Virus record (IMG/VR): IMGVR_UViG_3300032254_000001
Coordinates: 256,001 to 320,000 of that record
Length of the DNA stretch: 64,000 nucleotides
Strand: one strand, 5' to 3'
Source: a virus
Lineage: Duplodnaviria; Caudoviricetes
The notes under the pieces: generated by a model
What the model was told of the DNA's origin: nothing
Seen by the model: only the letters and a program-made list of their open reading frames with translations
Databases searched by the model: none
Shown: piece by piece, positions 48,401-57,053 of the stretch
How positions within the stretch are numbered: position 1 is the stretch's first letter
How the letters are laid out: each line of letters starts with the position of its first letter
Position numbers and translations under genes: made by a program

Positions 48401-51400
48401 ATACGATACAACTAAATTTGTTACTATTGCAGAAATTGATAGATCAGGCATTATACAAAATAGTTACTTCTTCTGGGTTAACAAAGTTGAGACTATCAGC
48501 ACCAACTCTGAAAAGACATTAAGTGCAAGTGCAATTGCATCGTACATTGAATCACCTGCAAGTTCAGGTATATCGTATGCGGCCTTTGTTGCACAGAATA
48601 CAATTAGTTTATATAACTGCAAGGATATAATTCAAAACGCAGAAACCGTATTGTACATTGAATACGATAAGATTAAAAATGATAACAACGTATTTGTTGA
48701 ATACGATCTCTACCGTGAAAGTCATCCAACAGATGTACTGTCAGATGGACTGTATAAGAAATTCCAAGACAGCCTATGTGGTGTTGACACACTAGGTAAC
48801 TTAGTACCTGACACAGGGTTAAGCACCGCAGATAGATATGGTATTGATTTCCGTCCACGTAAGTCAATGTTTATTGATAGGTATGCAGCATTAGCAAGTT
48901 ACATGAAAAAAGTAAACGGTATACTTGCCAAGCACACAATTGCAGAAGCACAATCATATCCACTACTTGATAGCGAAGAACCAATTCCAACAGAAGCATC
49001 GGGTGAATGGGATCAGCGTATATTCAATGAAGAAGAATTATCGTTCCAGGACTTAGCGATTGTTCCTGAAGGCTACACATATCTATTAGAAACAGATACA
49101 GCTAACGGTGGCCTGTGGGCTATATACGAAGTAACAGCGGCTAAGACACTACAGCTTAAGCGTGTACAGAGCTACGACACTAAACGTTTTTGGAGTCGCG
49201 AACACTGGTACGCAGAAGGCTTCAGCCCATTTGCTAAAGTAGATTATGTTGTTAACGAACTTAGCGATCTAACTACATTAAACGGTGTTGAAAATAATGC
49301 CGTTGCTAAGGTAGTTAGTAACAGTACAAGTGAATGGGAAATCCATCAATTTATCGACAGCGAGTGGGTTAGAGTAGCACTAGAGAATGGTACTATGCAA
49401 TTCGACGAACGTCTTTGGAACTATGAACTAGGACGTTATGGTTGGGACGTTGAGGTGTTCGACGCACAGAACTCAGACGAAGAACCTGTTATTGAACTAC
49501 GTCAAATCATTAGATCAATCAACGAAGAATTATTAGTTGGCAACTTATCAGTTGAGCGAAGCACTGCAACATTGTCTGTGTTTAGCTACATACTAGCAGA
49601 ACAGCCACATGTTGATTGGTTATACAAAACAAGTTTAATTGACGTAACACAAAAAGTACGTAGCTTGTCGCAGTACGCGGTTTATCAGAAAGATAACCAG
49701 GATTACCTAAGCGACTATATTAAAGAGTCTAAGCCTTACCACACTAAAGTTAAAGACTTCTTACTAAGCTACAACGGCATCGACTATGTAAACGGTAATG
49801 TTTCAGACTTTGATTGTCCGTCTACTTACGACTCCGATCACGATCAGTTTATTAGTCCTATCTTAGACGATGGTGCAACTCTTGTAACTGATCCAAGCAA
49901 CAAGTTAGCTACAGATGAGATATGGCAGACAGCTCCGTGGGACCAGTGGTACGATAATTACCGCTTAACTATCGACAGTGTATTAATTACTAATCCTGGT
50001 ACAGGTTATACATCTGCACCAACTGTTACAGTAACAGGTACAAGTGTAGTGCCAGCAACGTTATCAGCTAGAGTTGGTAGCGGTGGTACAATAGCTGAAA
50101 TCATTATCGACGATCCAGGCAGCGGTTACTTAGACACTCCTGTTATTACATTCAGCGGCGGTAACGGCACAGACGTTACCGCATTAGCCGTAATGGATAA
50201 CAAGCTAGTAAGATCAATGGATGTAACTGTTAAGTACGACAGATATTGGGATTCAGATGAAGAAGGCCGTATCACCGAGCTTGGAGTTGTTACATGGGAA
50301 GCAGACGAAGCTTATACCGCTGGTCAACTTGTAAAAGTTATTAATGCAGTATACAGAATTGTAGACGAAGATCCAGCAGCAACATTTAACCCTGCGTTAC
50401 ATGAGTTAGTTGATATTGAATCACTTAGTGGTTTAGATCGTACCACTGGATACTATGTATCAGACGTTAACAAGCCTGGCTTAGATTTATCATTGCTTAT
50501 TAAAGGCATTGCATACCCAGGTGTTGAAGTTGACGGTGTCGGCTTTGATCAAAACACAGGTATTGATATATCACCATTTGATACAAGTCCATTTGATAAC
50601 TTTGATATCGGCCCAGAGGGCTTCCCCACTTACAGTGACGAGATAATCGATACTATATACGAAAGCTCATTCTTAGATACATATTTAGGAACACGCCCAA
50701 CTGATATTAACGTAGGCGGCGGTGCATTCATAGACACTTATCATTCACATGCTCCTGAAGAGTTAGTGCCAGGTGCAATATTTGATACGCTTGATATTAA
50801 AGTGTTTGGCCGTCCTGGTTCGGATTACTTAAGTGACGGTCATGCGTTTGACATACAGGGCCAAGTATATAAAGCAAATGGTCCAATTCAATCGTTCTCG
50901 TTTGAGGATCTAGCAGCACATCCAATTAAGGTATTAGTTGCAAATGTTACGACTGGTACATCAATGTACGAAGGCATAGACTTTACAGTTGATTGGCCAA
51001 ACCAGAATGTTCTAATTACGTCTGGTGTAGTAGCGGGCGACGATGTTAAGCTATTTGTATACGAAATAGGCGGCGGTAATCAATTACACAGAGGCGTATT
51101 ACGAGGCACTGATATTGCAGCAGATACATTTAATGTACCAGTACGCAATAGTGAAATTTACGAATCAATTATATTTGTAAACGGAGTAGAGACTGCGGTA
51201 ACTACAGCACACATTGACAACCAAACAGCGGCAGTGACATTACCGTCTGCTCCAGTTAACACTGACTTTATTACAGTAACTATATTTGGTACATCTGTTC
51301 CGCAGCGTGAGGAGAGCTATCCTGTTACTCAAACATTTGTTGCAGGCACTGACACTCCAGATGCAGGTGCAGAACTTGAAGGTAAGAACAGACACAATGC

Positions 51401-52583
51401 AATCGTTGAAGTTAACGGATTAAGATTGCGTCCAGCAGAAGTTGCAAGACACACAGCAGACGGCGTTGGAGCAGATTTCTTCATGCCATTAACAGGTGGA
51501 TACTTATTTGACAATGTAGCAGACAACGAAGTTGACGTGTACGTTAACAATGAATTACTTACACAAACACTTGATTTTTCAGTTAGCCCTCCATCGCCAA
51601 GTCCATCATTATTTGGAACAGCGGTGTTTGGCACAGACGTATTTACTAGCCCATCAGGAAATACACCACGCTTTGTTACATTATTCACAACTCCAAGCGA
51701 TGGAGACATAGTTGAAGTTTATGTTAGACATGCTGCTGATTATTGGTGGACTGGCGATGTAGTTGATTTTAATGTTGCTCCTACACCGGGCGATCTTATT
51801 GCAGTTACAACATTCAAGGATGTTAGCGAGCTAGGTATCTTTACACAAGTATTTGAAGGCCCAACACTTATACAAGAACAGCAACAAGATTTATTTGATG
51901 GACTTGGATTTGACACAGCGGCATTTGATCTAGAGTTAGGTGTTAATAGCAGTATAAACCTATTTACATCCGACAGAGATATTATTGCAAATGCAGGCCG
52001 CTTATGGGTAACAGTAAACGGAGAACGTCTACATTCGGGTACAGGATATGAGGTAGTCAATGACAACCAAATACTTCTTACTATTCCTGTGATACAACCA
52101 ACTGATGTAGTAGCGGTAACAACCATTACAGATAACGTTATAACAAACGGTGCGAACTTTAGACTGTTTAAAGATATGCGTGATAGTGTTGGCATGTATA
52201 AAATGTCAGCTAGTACATCAACATACTTGACGCAGGATTTAGCAGAGACAGATGATATCATACATGTAGCAGATGCAAGTGTACTTGGGCAGCCAAGTCT
52301 AGCAATTGCAAAATTTGGTATCTTAATTGTTAACGGCGAGCGTATTACATACAGAGAACGTGACTTAGTAGCTAACACAGTTAGTGGTTTACGTCGTGGT
52401 ACAGCTGGTACTGGTGTGCCAGAGTTACATACTGCTACAGATGTGGTAACGGACGTTAGTGCTAAGAGTTTCGTCCAATGGGATTATGATACAATATGGT
52501 ACGAGCAGGGCTCAACAACGGCAAGCAACGGTATTCCGCTGCAAGACCAGACAACAAGCCCAGCATTGTTCATTAAAAAGTAG
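39462..52583 (+). CDS. Giant 4373-aa baseplate/tail structural protein (gp7-like position)
   Basis: Follows gp6; contains FG-GAP-like repeats (FGxSVx) and IIIDDPGSGY-type repeats. Confidence 0.75.
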   Translation: MARIRSIDFLPEIFQTPTNEKFLNSTLDQLIQEPKLKQTQGYIGARTAPGKLETDGYITEITDRRSNYQLEPGVIFKDENGGTVDALTYMGLLDGLDTSGSNVENHDRLFKSETYSWSPFIEFDKFVNYSQYFWLPSGPDSVDVAASSVLLTNDFDITANDETYSIDGFTIENPVITVLRGGAYDFNVNQNGSPFYIQTHPGTDGTVPWADNISSREIIGVTNNGDDNGTITFNVPQSDAQSFYYNLPDIGNVDLATTVRMDSIADQLLSDVVTVSGIQSIDNMTIVFLDDTPGDAVDLGWVNGGVPLTAQEDRYQIFRIFLEDVLGEIYIRLIPIQPITIFEKFTILYGADYSNISFFKDSDGYFDQVPLDTASLDTLYYQDAVNPDRFGIINVVDQESSATLDVDAILGRTDYTSPNGVIFTNGLKVKFRGEVSPAEYSDEEYYVEGVGTSIRLVLTSDLQVPETYAKSFTSPWDISGWDTEGLDGTLNAPLDLDYITINRSSLDKNAWSRSNRWFHLDVIKATAEYNNTVVNVDNNNRATRPIIEFDADLRLFNYGTNGKQLVNIIDFVITDALSTINGSLGYTVDGYKLSEGSRVIFANDADPSIRDKIFVVELIDPTNSGTDTLNLVEAADADSEENDIVIVATGIEQQGKVFTYDGTSWVESQAKTSVNQPPLFDIFDRDGYSLSEFTAYPSTTFTGSKLFSYSEGTGSSDPVLGFPLSYLNIDNLGDIVFENNMYTDTFLYVEDNVSNENSPISEGFARKYNTRTEYTNEIGWVTSIENSRQAQVIEMAYAGEPIELDILPESDLLIPAVRITADGTFITPGEYTVVDNIITFISDIADGAALEIKVISNEISASGYYEVPTNLSSNMFNKNTSLLTLGTIRNHYNNLSQNVLDITGDINGANNLRDLGDISKYGNLIVQQSSPLALAAMFMRNKEYNFFGSVKFASRQYDKFKSQLIDWVEKHDVYDLTVSEILDAAFKDINTGKNFESAFYWSDMLPTGSDYETTEYTVTAISTNTFATLKSYDFLNANTLALLVYHNGTLLIKDTDYTVATDGARIEILIDTDVDDVITINEYNTTLGSNVPSTPTKLGLYPKYKPTIFTDNTYVNPIDVIRGHDGSITTSFGKNSEGGNDIRDLVLLEFEKRVYNNIKVNDIIPIEPSDILPGAFRDTDYEGSEVIDVLSPSLLSWLGWNRIDFKTQDYNKAEEKTWNYSSSTSKIDGAQITQGNWRGIYTYFYDTDAPHERPWEMVGLTERPDWWEQRYGPAPYTSGNLVLWDDMEAGLINEPGNERAIDKYKRPGLTSILPVNSEGILVMPLESVIAGYSAYDFKKTWKIGDIAPAEAAWRKSSAYPFAMQTLYALTKPAQYFALMADRDRYVYDTDFEQYLYDSRHRLDAHNIEILDENLVKHSYINWIIDYNKYFGYESLGKLKTDLSNLDVNLCHHMASFTDKNNLKIFTDKSSPDSTNNSLLLPDESFNLLLYKNQPAEEITYSSIIVQKVDTGYSVIGNSFTDPYFKIQASIDTGRFDTIKVGRTETTSTTVRVPLDFRDEVQYIPYGHIYTSKQAVAEFIASYNQYLVRSGLKFDTYENTQPVDWTQMVQEFVYWSDQGWDVNSIINLNPAASTLEFERELHIVDDLNNLELTEQPLNQNREPLDISDYAVDRIDNNFKIRMLDDNVISYLKFNLTSFEHLLVLDNTSIFNDLIYDPVTGVRQHRVKLFGFTTYEWNGQLDAQGFLYNEDNVTEWVTTGSYNKGNIVKFKNSYWSASEKVQPSETFDFSQWIKTDYNSINKGLLPNIATKADQQLQYYNNKTANLETDIDLFAYGLTGFRSRDYLQSLDLDDISQVNIYSDMIENKGTSKSLNLFKDVELNNEAVDYTIFENWAIKRAQYGATSSRSFIELKLDQDELTSSPGLIEIVDSVADESVADLLIPVSQIFKQSEKNTDKNILPVVVQKNTDTSLPSAGFVDEDDVDIAVFNISEIDVTEDISEGTLIWVANDTPTDWNVYRIVKLDPLVVSATDNLNGTLTLTTNIAHNLVVDDTVVVADFSDVVDGTHKVLGYYDDVNIVIAGELDVNQTCILDKHGSLLQFESARVDVPSDIAGSVFDNIIFSTDKVWVSNDNDKTATYVKTSPFTLTRDEVNPNGTAAEFGYSVSQGYANTGLLVGDPVNDIVHLYKKEGRADYIQSAALTLSNNPNILRYGNDVTLIESWGAVTAPGDASTPGIVAIIKRDRVLDYIVETQILVSPTPVVNDGFGTSVAMSKDENWVYVGEPASNQVHAYQKKDYQAQSATYATDGVSQEYDISNDIIVDAASEVIVMLDDVLVPVGDYTYSSPNIVLNDLPDDGSVVSIARRDAVAYDGDTIEDTFSVADLYALDGIDSVVVAVSGAIQRPVLDYTLTGTDIVFTTPPAAGTTNVVISLATTFRYVDTIDDSIDGITLAGTDRFGAELEVTENSSHIVITAPGTDSDAGNAYILNRVVERFVVTPDNVSGLTVGPTIRTPLGSVNNNGTQLIPSGPTLNPDYEITGNDVTFLNAGTIQTGDFLDVDTTEFKLIQVVAAATPTAGATFGNSVTICKTKCSVYFGAPDDLSGAGSVTRYINGPRITSYITSTVIDPTIPASSSIRINNVEVPISGTSQDVADTINATTLPNVSASAPGGYLTIELNNKEIQSIANRLDILPGENVSLETLGLDPYYIGQTLTSPVEATQDQYFGSSLHIDLNINQLVVGAPGGNVLHDNTATADTTKTTSDSGTTADAATTVVGGGAVYTYDLLTDGSIFTPGKLVFGQQLYDTNITTGDSFGNAVSLVDGILVVGSVDYDTDIGRVVIFGNESNAFSWQATNVQNDTVDVELINSSYIYDSATLGVSRYLDYIDPLNGKILGAANQNIDYTTAYDPTVYNDTNVGLLWGREQVGKIWWNITSIRFLDYNLGDAKHASRVWGKIFPGSSVDVYQWVESTVPPEEYTGTGTVYDTTKFVTIAEIDRSGIIQNSYFFWVNKVETISTNSEKTLSASAIASYIESPASSGISYAAFVAQNTISLYNCKDIIQNAETVLYIEYDKIKNDNNVFVEYDLYRESHPTDVLSDGLYKKFQDSLCGVDTLGNLVPDTGLSTADRYGIDFRPRKSMFIDRYAALASYMKKVNGILAKHTIAEAQSYPLLDSEEPIPTEASGEWDQRIFNEEELSFQDLAIVPEGYTYLLETDTANGGLWAIYEVTAAKTLQLKRVQSYDTKRFWSREHWYAEGFSPFAKVDYVVNELSDLTTLNGVENNAVAKVVSNSTSEWEIHQFIDSEWVRVALENGTMQFDERLWNYELGRYGWDVEVFDAQNSDEEPVIELRQIIRSINEELLVGNLSVERSTATLSVFSYILAEQPHVDWLYKTSLIDVTQKVRSLSQYAVYQKDNQDYLSDYIKESKPYHTKVKDFLLSYNGIDYVNGNVSDFDCPSTYDSDHDQFISPILDDGATLVTDPSNKLATDEIWQTAPWDQWYDNYRLTIDSVLITNPGTGYTSAPTVTVTGTSVVPATLSARVGSGGTIAEIIIDDPGSGYLDTPVITFSGGNGTDVTALAVMDNKLVRSMDVTVKYDRYWDSDEEGRITELGVVTWEADEAYTAGQLVKVINAVYRIVDEDPAATFNPALHELVDIESLSGLDRTTGYYVSDVNKPGLDLSLLIKGIAYPGVEVDGVGFDQNTGIDISPFDTSPFDNFDIGPEGFPTYSDEIIDTIYESSFLDTYLGTRPTDINVGGGAFIDTYHSHAPEELVPGAIFDTLDIKVFGRPGSDYLSDGHAFDIQGQVYKANGPIQSFSFEDLAAHPIKVLVANVTTGTSMYEGIDFTVDWPNQNVLITSGVVAGDDVKLFVYEIGGGNQLHRGVLRGTDIAADTFNVPVRNSEIYESIIFVNGVETAVTTAHIDNQTAAVTLPSAPVNTDFITVTIFGTSVPQREESYPVTQTFVAGTDTPDAGAELEGKNRHNAIVEVNGLRLRPAEVARHTADGVGADFFMPLTGGYLFDNVADNEVDVYVNNELLTQTLDFSVSPPSPSPSLFGTAVFGTDVFTSPSGNTPRFVTLFTTPSDGDIVEVYVRHAADYWWTGDVVDFNVAPTPGDLIAVTTFKDVSELGIFTQVFEGPTLIQEQQQDLFDGLGFDTAAFDLELGVNSSINLFTSDRDIIANAGRLWVTVNGERLHSGTGYEVVNDNQILLTIPVIQPTDVVAVTTITDNVITNGANFRLFKDMRDSVGMYKMSASTSTYLTQDLAETDDIIHVADASVLGQPSLAIAKFGILIVNGERITYRERDLVANTVSGLRRGTAGTGVPELHTATDVVTDVSAKSFVQWDYDTIWYEQGSTTASNGIPLQDQTTSPALFIKK

Positions 52584-52614
52584 GGCTTTTAAAAGTAGGT
52601 AAATAATAGCTATT

Positions 52615-52749
52615 ATGCAGAGTGATGAAACAGAAAACAAAGAAAACGAGAAGAAGCCGGACGACGAAGGCCAAATCTTAGTGGATGAACATATTAAGAT
52701 TTTTGATCCAAATTCTGGCGAAGTGCTAGTTAACAAGAGAGAGACATAA
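52615..52749 (+). CDS. 44-aa protein (not in ORF track)
   Basis: MQSDETENKE...HIKIFDPNSGEVLVNKRET*, downstream of TAAATA; its stop overlaps the next ATG. Confidence 0.65.
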   Translation: MQSDETENKENEKKPDDEGQILVDEHIKIFDPNSGEVLVNKRET

Positions 52750-53354
52750 TGTTTGACAAAGGTAACTTAAAAATAACAGGGCACATCAAAGTATTTGACC
52801 CAGTCACGAAGGAAGTCTTTGAAGACAAAAAGAATGCTATTCATTATGAAAACTTCTCTGAGTCTTTAGCGTATTCTTTAGCGAACAAAGATAGTGGACA
52901 AATTTACCAAATGTCGTTTGGTAACGGTGGAACCAGCGTTGATCCAACAGGTGTAATTACATACTTGCCTGCTAACTCAACAGGTCAAAATGCCGATTTA
53001 TACAACGAAACATATTCTAAAGTGGTTGATGATAATTCAACTGCTAATACAGATACAGCAAGAAACAACCTAACAGTTATGCATACAAGTGGTAAAGTTT
53101 ACACTGACATACTAGTTAGCTGTTTACTTGACTACGGTGAGCCAAACGGCCAGCAAGCATTTGATAATAGCACCCAACTTGACGGTGATTTTGTGTTTGA
53201 TGAACTAGGCCTTAAAAGCTGGTACGGTAGTGCTGAAGAATTGAAACTTATTACTCACGTAGTATTTCATCCAATTCAGAAGGCGTTAAACCGTCAAATA
53301 CAAATAGACTATACAGTTCGTATTCAAACTCTTACAAACTTGAGTACTACCTAA
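52749..53354 (+). CDS. Conserved virion/tail protein
   Basis: GHIKVFDP, FGNGG, FVFDELGL, HPIQK.LNR. Confidence 0.7.
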   Translation: MFDKGNLKITGHIKVFDPVTKEVFEDKKNAIHYENFSESLAYSLANKDSGQIYQMSFGNGGTSVDPTGVITYLPANSTGQNADLYNETYSKVVDDNSTANTDTARNNLTVMHTSGKVYTDILVSCLLDYGEPNGQQAFDNSTQLDGDFVFDELGLKSWYGSAEELKLITHVVFHPIQKALNRQIQIDYTVRIQTLTNLSTT

Positions 53355-53376
53355 TGAAAATTTATAGTGACAATAG

Positions 53377-53384
53377 CATAAATA
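53377..53384 (+). promoter_or_regulatory. Late promoter CATAAATA
   Basis: Upstream of ATG 53414. Confidence 0.7.
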
Positions 53385-53413
53385 CAAACAATATATTACA
53401 GGAAGCATAAATC

Positions 53414-54874
53414 ATGGCGTATACCATAAATCTTACAAACGGTTCTATCTTTGCAACAGTTTCAGATGGAACAATCAATACCGACAGTAGCGTTACTGTT
53501 ATTGGTAAAAACTACGCTGGTTATGGCGAATTCTTAGGTGAAAACTTTTTAAGAATGCTTGAAAACAGCGCAAACCCAACAGCACCAGCTAACCCTCTTA
53601 GAGGCCAGTTATGGTACGATTCAAGCGCGAGCTTGCTTAAGGTTTATAACGGTTCATCATTTAAGGACTTAGGCTCAACTACTTCACAATCATCAGCACC
53701 AGCATCAAACGTAGTTGGCGACATGTGGTTTGACACATTAAATTCACAATTAAATATTTGGGACGGAACTCAATTTATTTTAGTTGGTGGTAGTGCAGGT
53801 GTTGGTATTGGTGCTTCGGGTTCAATCGTTGACACTATTACAGACAGCATTGCAGTAGACCACGTTGTAGTTAAGATGTTCGTTGATGACGATCTTGTAG
53901 CTATAATGAGTAAAGATGCAGCGTTTACACCAGCAACACCAATTACAGGATTTGCTTCAACAATTTCCCCTGGCATGCAATTGGCTTTAACAATAGCAGG
54001 ACAGGTTCCACTCTTTGTGGGCGACGCCACTAATGCTCAAACACTTGACGGCATTGATAGCACTGGATTTTTAAGTGCTGTCGGAGACGACAATACAAGT
54101 GGACAGATAGGCATTATCAACGATAACGGATTAACGGTTGGTGCAGACGGGGATGCAAAACTTAAGGTTGTTGCAGACGATGTAATACTTGGTAACATTA
54201 CACTTAACGGTGATGTAGTTCTTCAAGTTAATGACGGTGGTGTAACAACTTCAGTTATTACTTGTGATGGAGCTAGCGGTCGTGCTAGAGTTGCTGCACC
54301 ACTTGCATCAACTGATGTAGCTAATAAAGATTATGTTGATACTTCAGCAGTTAGACTAGACGGTAGCAACGATATCACTGGTGTAATAAATCCAGCAACA
54401 GATGGTCTTATTGATTTAGGTGAAGCTCTTAAACAGTTTGCTACTATACATGCTGTTACATTTAGCGGACAAGCTACTACAGCTCAGTACGCAGATTTGG
54501 CAGAACGCTTCCACGCAGATACAGCAATGGCGCCTGGTACAGTAGTACAGTTAGGCGGTATAGCAGAAATAACAAAAGCGGACAACGATTTATCTGATGA
54601 TGTCTTCGGTGTTATAAGTACTAATGCTGCATTTTTAATGAATGCAGATGCAGGCCAAGACGAAACTCATCCTCCAGTAGCGATGAGTGGTAGGGTGCCA
54701 GTTAGGGTAATTGGTAAGATTGTTAAAGGCGAACGTTTAGTTTCTGCAGGTAACGGTCTTGCTAGAGCGGCGTTACTATCCGAAATGACTTCATTTAATG
54801 TGATTGGTAGAGCTTTAGAAAACAAAACAACAGATGGTGAAGGCGTAATTGAAGCGTTCGTTACTGTCAACTAA
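53414..54874 (+). CDS. Tail fibre-like protein with C-terminal intramolecular-chaperone/autocleavage-type domain
   Basis: GKNYAGYGE N-terminus; AQYADLAERF...PGTVV...SGRVPVRV C-terminus. Confidence 0.75.
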   Translation: MAYTINLTNGSIFATVSDGTINTDSSVTVIGKNYAGYGEFLGENFLRMLENSANPTAPANPLRGQLWYDSSASLLKVYNGSSFKDLGSTTSQSSAPASNVVGDMWFDTLNSQLNIWDGTQFILVGGSAGVGIGASGSIVDTITDSIAVDHVVVKMFVDDDLVAIMSKDAAFTPATPITGFASTISPGMQLALTIAGQVPLFVGDATNAQTLDGIDSTGFLSAVGDDNTSGQIGIINDNGLTVGADGDAKLKVVADDVILGNITLNGDVVLQVNDGGVTTSVITCDGASGRARVAAPLASTDVANKDYVDTSAVRLDGSNDITGVINPATDGLIDLGEALKQFATIHAVTFSGQATTAQYADLAERFHADTAMAPGTVVQLGGIAEITKADNDLSDDVFGVISTNAAFLMNADAGQDETHPPVAMSGRVPVRVIGKIVKGERLVSAGNGLARAALLSEMTSFNVIGRALENKTTDGEGVIEAFVTVN

Positions 54875-54897
54875 ATAACAAAACAGGAAATTTAATC

Positions 54898-55812
54898 ATG
54901 GCTTATACAGCAGGCAATACCATCTTAGATGACGAATACAATAACTTCGCAGCATCAGTGAACTCTATCCTAAGCACCGGTTCTGGAGATTCAGGGTATG
55001 GGCAGGGTGCAGTTTCGACAGTAGCCGCAGGCACTGTAATTTCAGCAACACAGTGGGCATCATTGTTGAATAAGATTACAACAGCGGCTAACCACCAGGG
55101 TACATCAATCACAGCAATTACTAACCCAGTGTCGACTGATACAATCACAGCTGAAGCAGCACTAGCTGGCAACATTACAGCTATTGATAATGCTAGATTT
55201 AATGCAGCAGCAAGTGGCACACCAATAACAGCTGGCGGCGTATCGTCAAGAACAGCTACATGGAACAACACAATTGATTCTGTGCAACGTGTTACTTTTG
55301 CGTCACTCGAAGCAATGCGTTTCTTTTTCAATGCAGGCGGTCGTATTACAGTAACGTATTCACGCACAGGCGGAACAGCATCAAACAAAAACACAGGTTG
55401 GTCAAACTTATGCACAGCATGTGGTACACTTAATATGACAGGCGCAGCGGCAGCAAAAACAATTGCAGCGGTTTCGTACACTGGCTTTTCAAAGAAAGGC
55501 GGCAGTGGCACACCGCAGACATTAGCAACGACTATTGGTGAAAATGCATTAACTACATCTAACCAGACAGTCTTCCGTCAATATGATGCTACGGCACAAT
55601 ATACAGCTAACTACATCCAGTTTGGCGCCCGAGTTGGATCTGGTACTCCGGAACTTATACTCACATCTACTGCTGTGGATGACGCAAATGCAAACACAGA
55701 TGAAAATATCGACGGTACGTTTAGTAGTACTGTTACTATTATCCCACCAAGTACTACACAACTTACAAGTACATGGGGAACACCAACGTTATCAACAACA
55801 AACGCATATTAA
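54898..55812 (+). CDS. Thr/Ala-rich virion structural protein
   Basis: GYGQ..V...W..L and RFFFNAGGRI motifs; late region. Confidence 0.65.
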   Translation: MAYTAGNTILDDEYNNFAASVNSILSTGSGDSGYGQGAVSTVAAGTVISATQWASLLNKITTAANHQGTSITAITNPVSTDTITAEAALAGNITAIDNARFNAAASGTPITAGGVSSRTATWNNTIDSVQRVTFASLEAMRFFFNAGGRITVTYSRTGGTASNKNTGWSNLCTACGTLNMTGAAAAKTIAAVSYTGFSKKGGSGTPQTLATTIGENALTTSNQTVFRQYDATAQYTANYIQFGARVGSGTPELILTSTAVDDANANTDENIDGTFSSTVTIIPPSTTQLTSTWGTPTLSTTNAY

Positions 55813-55836
55813 TATTTAAATATTAATCGTTATTAC

Positions 55837-55864
55837 AATAAGGGGCTTCGGCCCTTTATTTTTG
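55837..55864 (+). terminator. Intrinsic terminator
   Basis: AATAAGGGGC-TTCG-GCCCTTTATT followed by a T run. Confidence 0.85.
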
Positions 55865-55878
55865 GTTGTTCAAACTCG

Positions 55879-55907
55879 TTTACATATTACTTTTAATCTG
55901 TTATACT
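55879..55907 (+). promoter_or_regulatory. sigma70-type promoter
   Basis: TTTACA-17 nt-TATACT with extended TG. Confidence 0.7.
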
Positions 55908-55923
55908 ACAACAGAGGTAATAT

Positions 55924-56241
55924 ATGCAAACTAATCAAATTGAAGCTGAAGTCGCGAATGTTAGAAAGAAATTCGATCACGACTCTGCAAAACAAGTCCT
56001 AAAAGAAAAATACGAAGCCAAAATGCTATTTGCAGCTTTTGGAGGTATGTGGAAAGCCGGTCCGGAATTACTATCCCTTTTAACTGCCGTAGGCACAACA
56101 CCCGAAATAGTGCTAGTAGACGAATACGGAAATCCTTGTAAAGTTACATCGCTTGAGCTATACAACATGGTAGCTACACGCTGGCAAGAACAAATGAATG
56201 CCTGGTACGCAGAGTTTACAGAGATGCAATCAAAACGATGA
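55924..56241 (+). CDS. Hypothetical protein
   Basis: GAGGT RBS; first gene of the operon. Confidence 0.7.
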   Translation: MQTNQIEAEVANVRKKFDHDSAKQVLKEKYEAKMLFAAFGGMWKAGPELLSLLTAVGTTPEIVLVDEYGNPCKVTSLELYNMVATRWQEQMNAWYAEFTEMQSKR

Positions 56242-57053
56242 GTAGAGGCGTTTTAATATTTGCGTTTAACAATGCTAAACTTAACTATTTTAAGCAAGCT
56301 GATTGGTTAGCTGATAGGGTAGAAAAGTTTTTAGGACTGCCTACTACTATAGTCACAGACGAAAAGAGTTCGGGTGATACTAGACACGATGTGATATTCA
56401 AGCGAGCAATCAATATGGGTACGCGCAATCTTGATATATCTAGAGAAGACTTTACTGACGACTGGTTCAACGCTAATAGGTTCCAAGCGTACGACATATC
56501 ACCGTACGATGAGACTATAGTAATAGACAGTGACTACATTGTAAACAGTGATCAACTTAACTTATTATTTGACTCTCCGCATGATTTCCTGTGCCATAGA
56601 CATGTTTACGATGTAGCTAATAAAGATAGTCTAGAAGCGTACAAAACATTTGGTGATACAAAGTTTCCGCATTATTGGGCAACGGTATTATTTTTCCGTG
56701 AATCAGATATAGCAGAATCAATGTTTAACTTAATTGAAATGGTGAAACAGAACTACGTGTTCTACAGTAAATTATATAAGTTTCCATCATCGCCGTTCCG
56801 TAATGATCATGCGGTTAGTATAGCGTTATCAATTGCATACGGTCACAGGATTAATTCAATACCAACCATTCCGTGGAAGTTACCTACAGCGGTAACTGAT
56901 ATTGATGTAAAGCAATTAAGCGAAACAGAGTTTGAATTACACTTTACTAAATGGTCTAGGAATAAGCAGAAAGAAATGAAATCAGTTATTAACGGTCACG
57001 ATTTTCACTGCTTAAATAAAATAGCAATGGAGAAAATGATAGATGCAAAGTAA
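56238..57053 (+). CDS. GT-A fold glycosyltransferase-like protein
   Basis: SPYDETIVIDSD (DxD), YWATV.FF. Confidence 0.7.
   Translation: MSRGVLIFAFNNAKLNYFKQADWLADRVEKFLGLPTTIVTDEKSSGDTRHDVIFKRAINMGTRNLDISREDFTDDWFNANRFQAYDISPYDETIVIDSDYIVNSDQLNLLFDSPHDFLCHRHVYDVANKDSLEAYKTFGDTKFPHYWATVLFFRESDIAESMFNLIEMVKQNYVFYSKLYKFPSSPFRNDHAVSIALSIAYGHRINSIPTIPWKLPTAVTDIDVKQLSETEFELHFTKWSRNKQKEMKSVINGHDFHCLNKIAMEKMIDAK

Noticed and set aside
9320-55761. Many antisense ORFs in the track (e.g. 9842-10510, 35017-35598, 51740-52378, 54903-55511)
   Set aside because: Shadow frames of well-supported genes on the opposite strand, with Ser/Leu-rich translations and no motifs.
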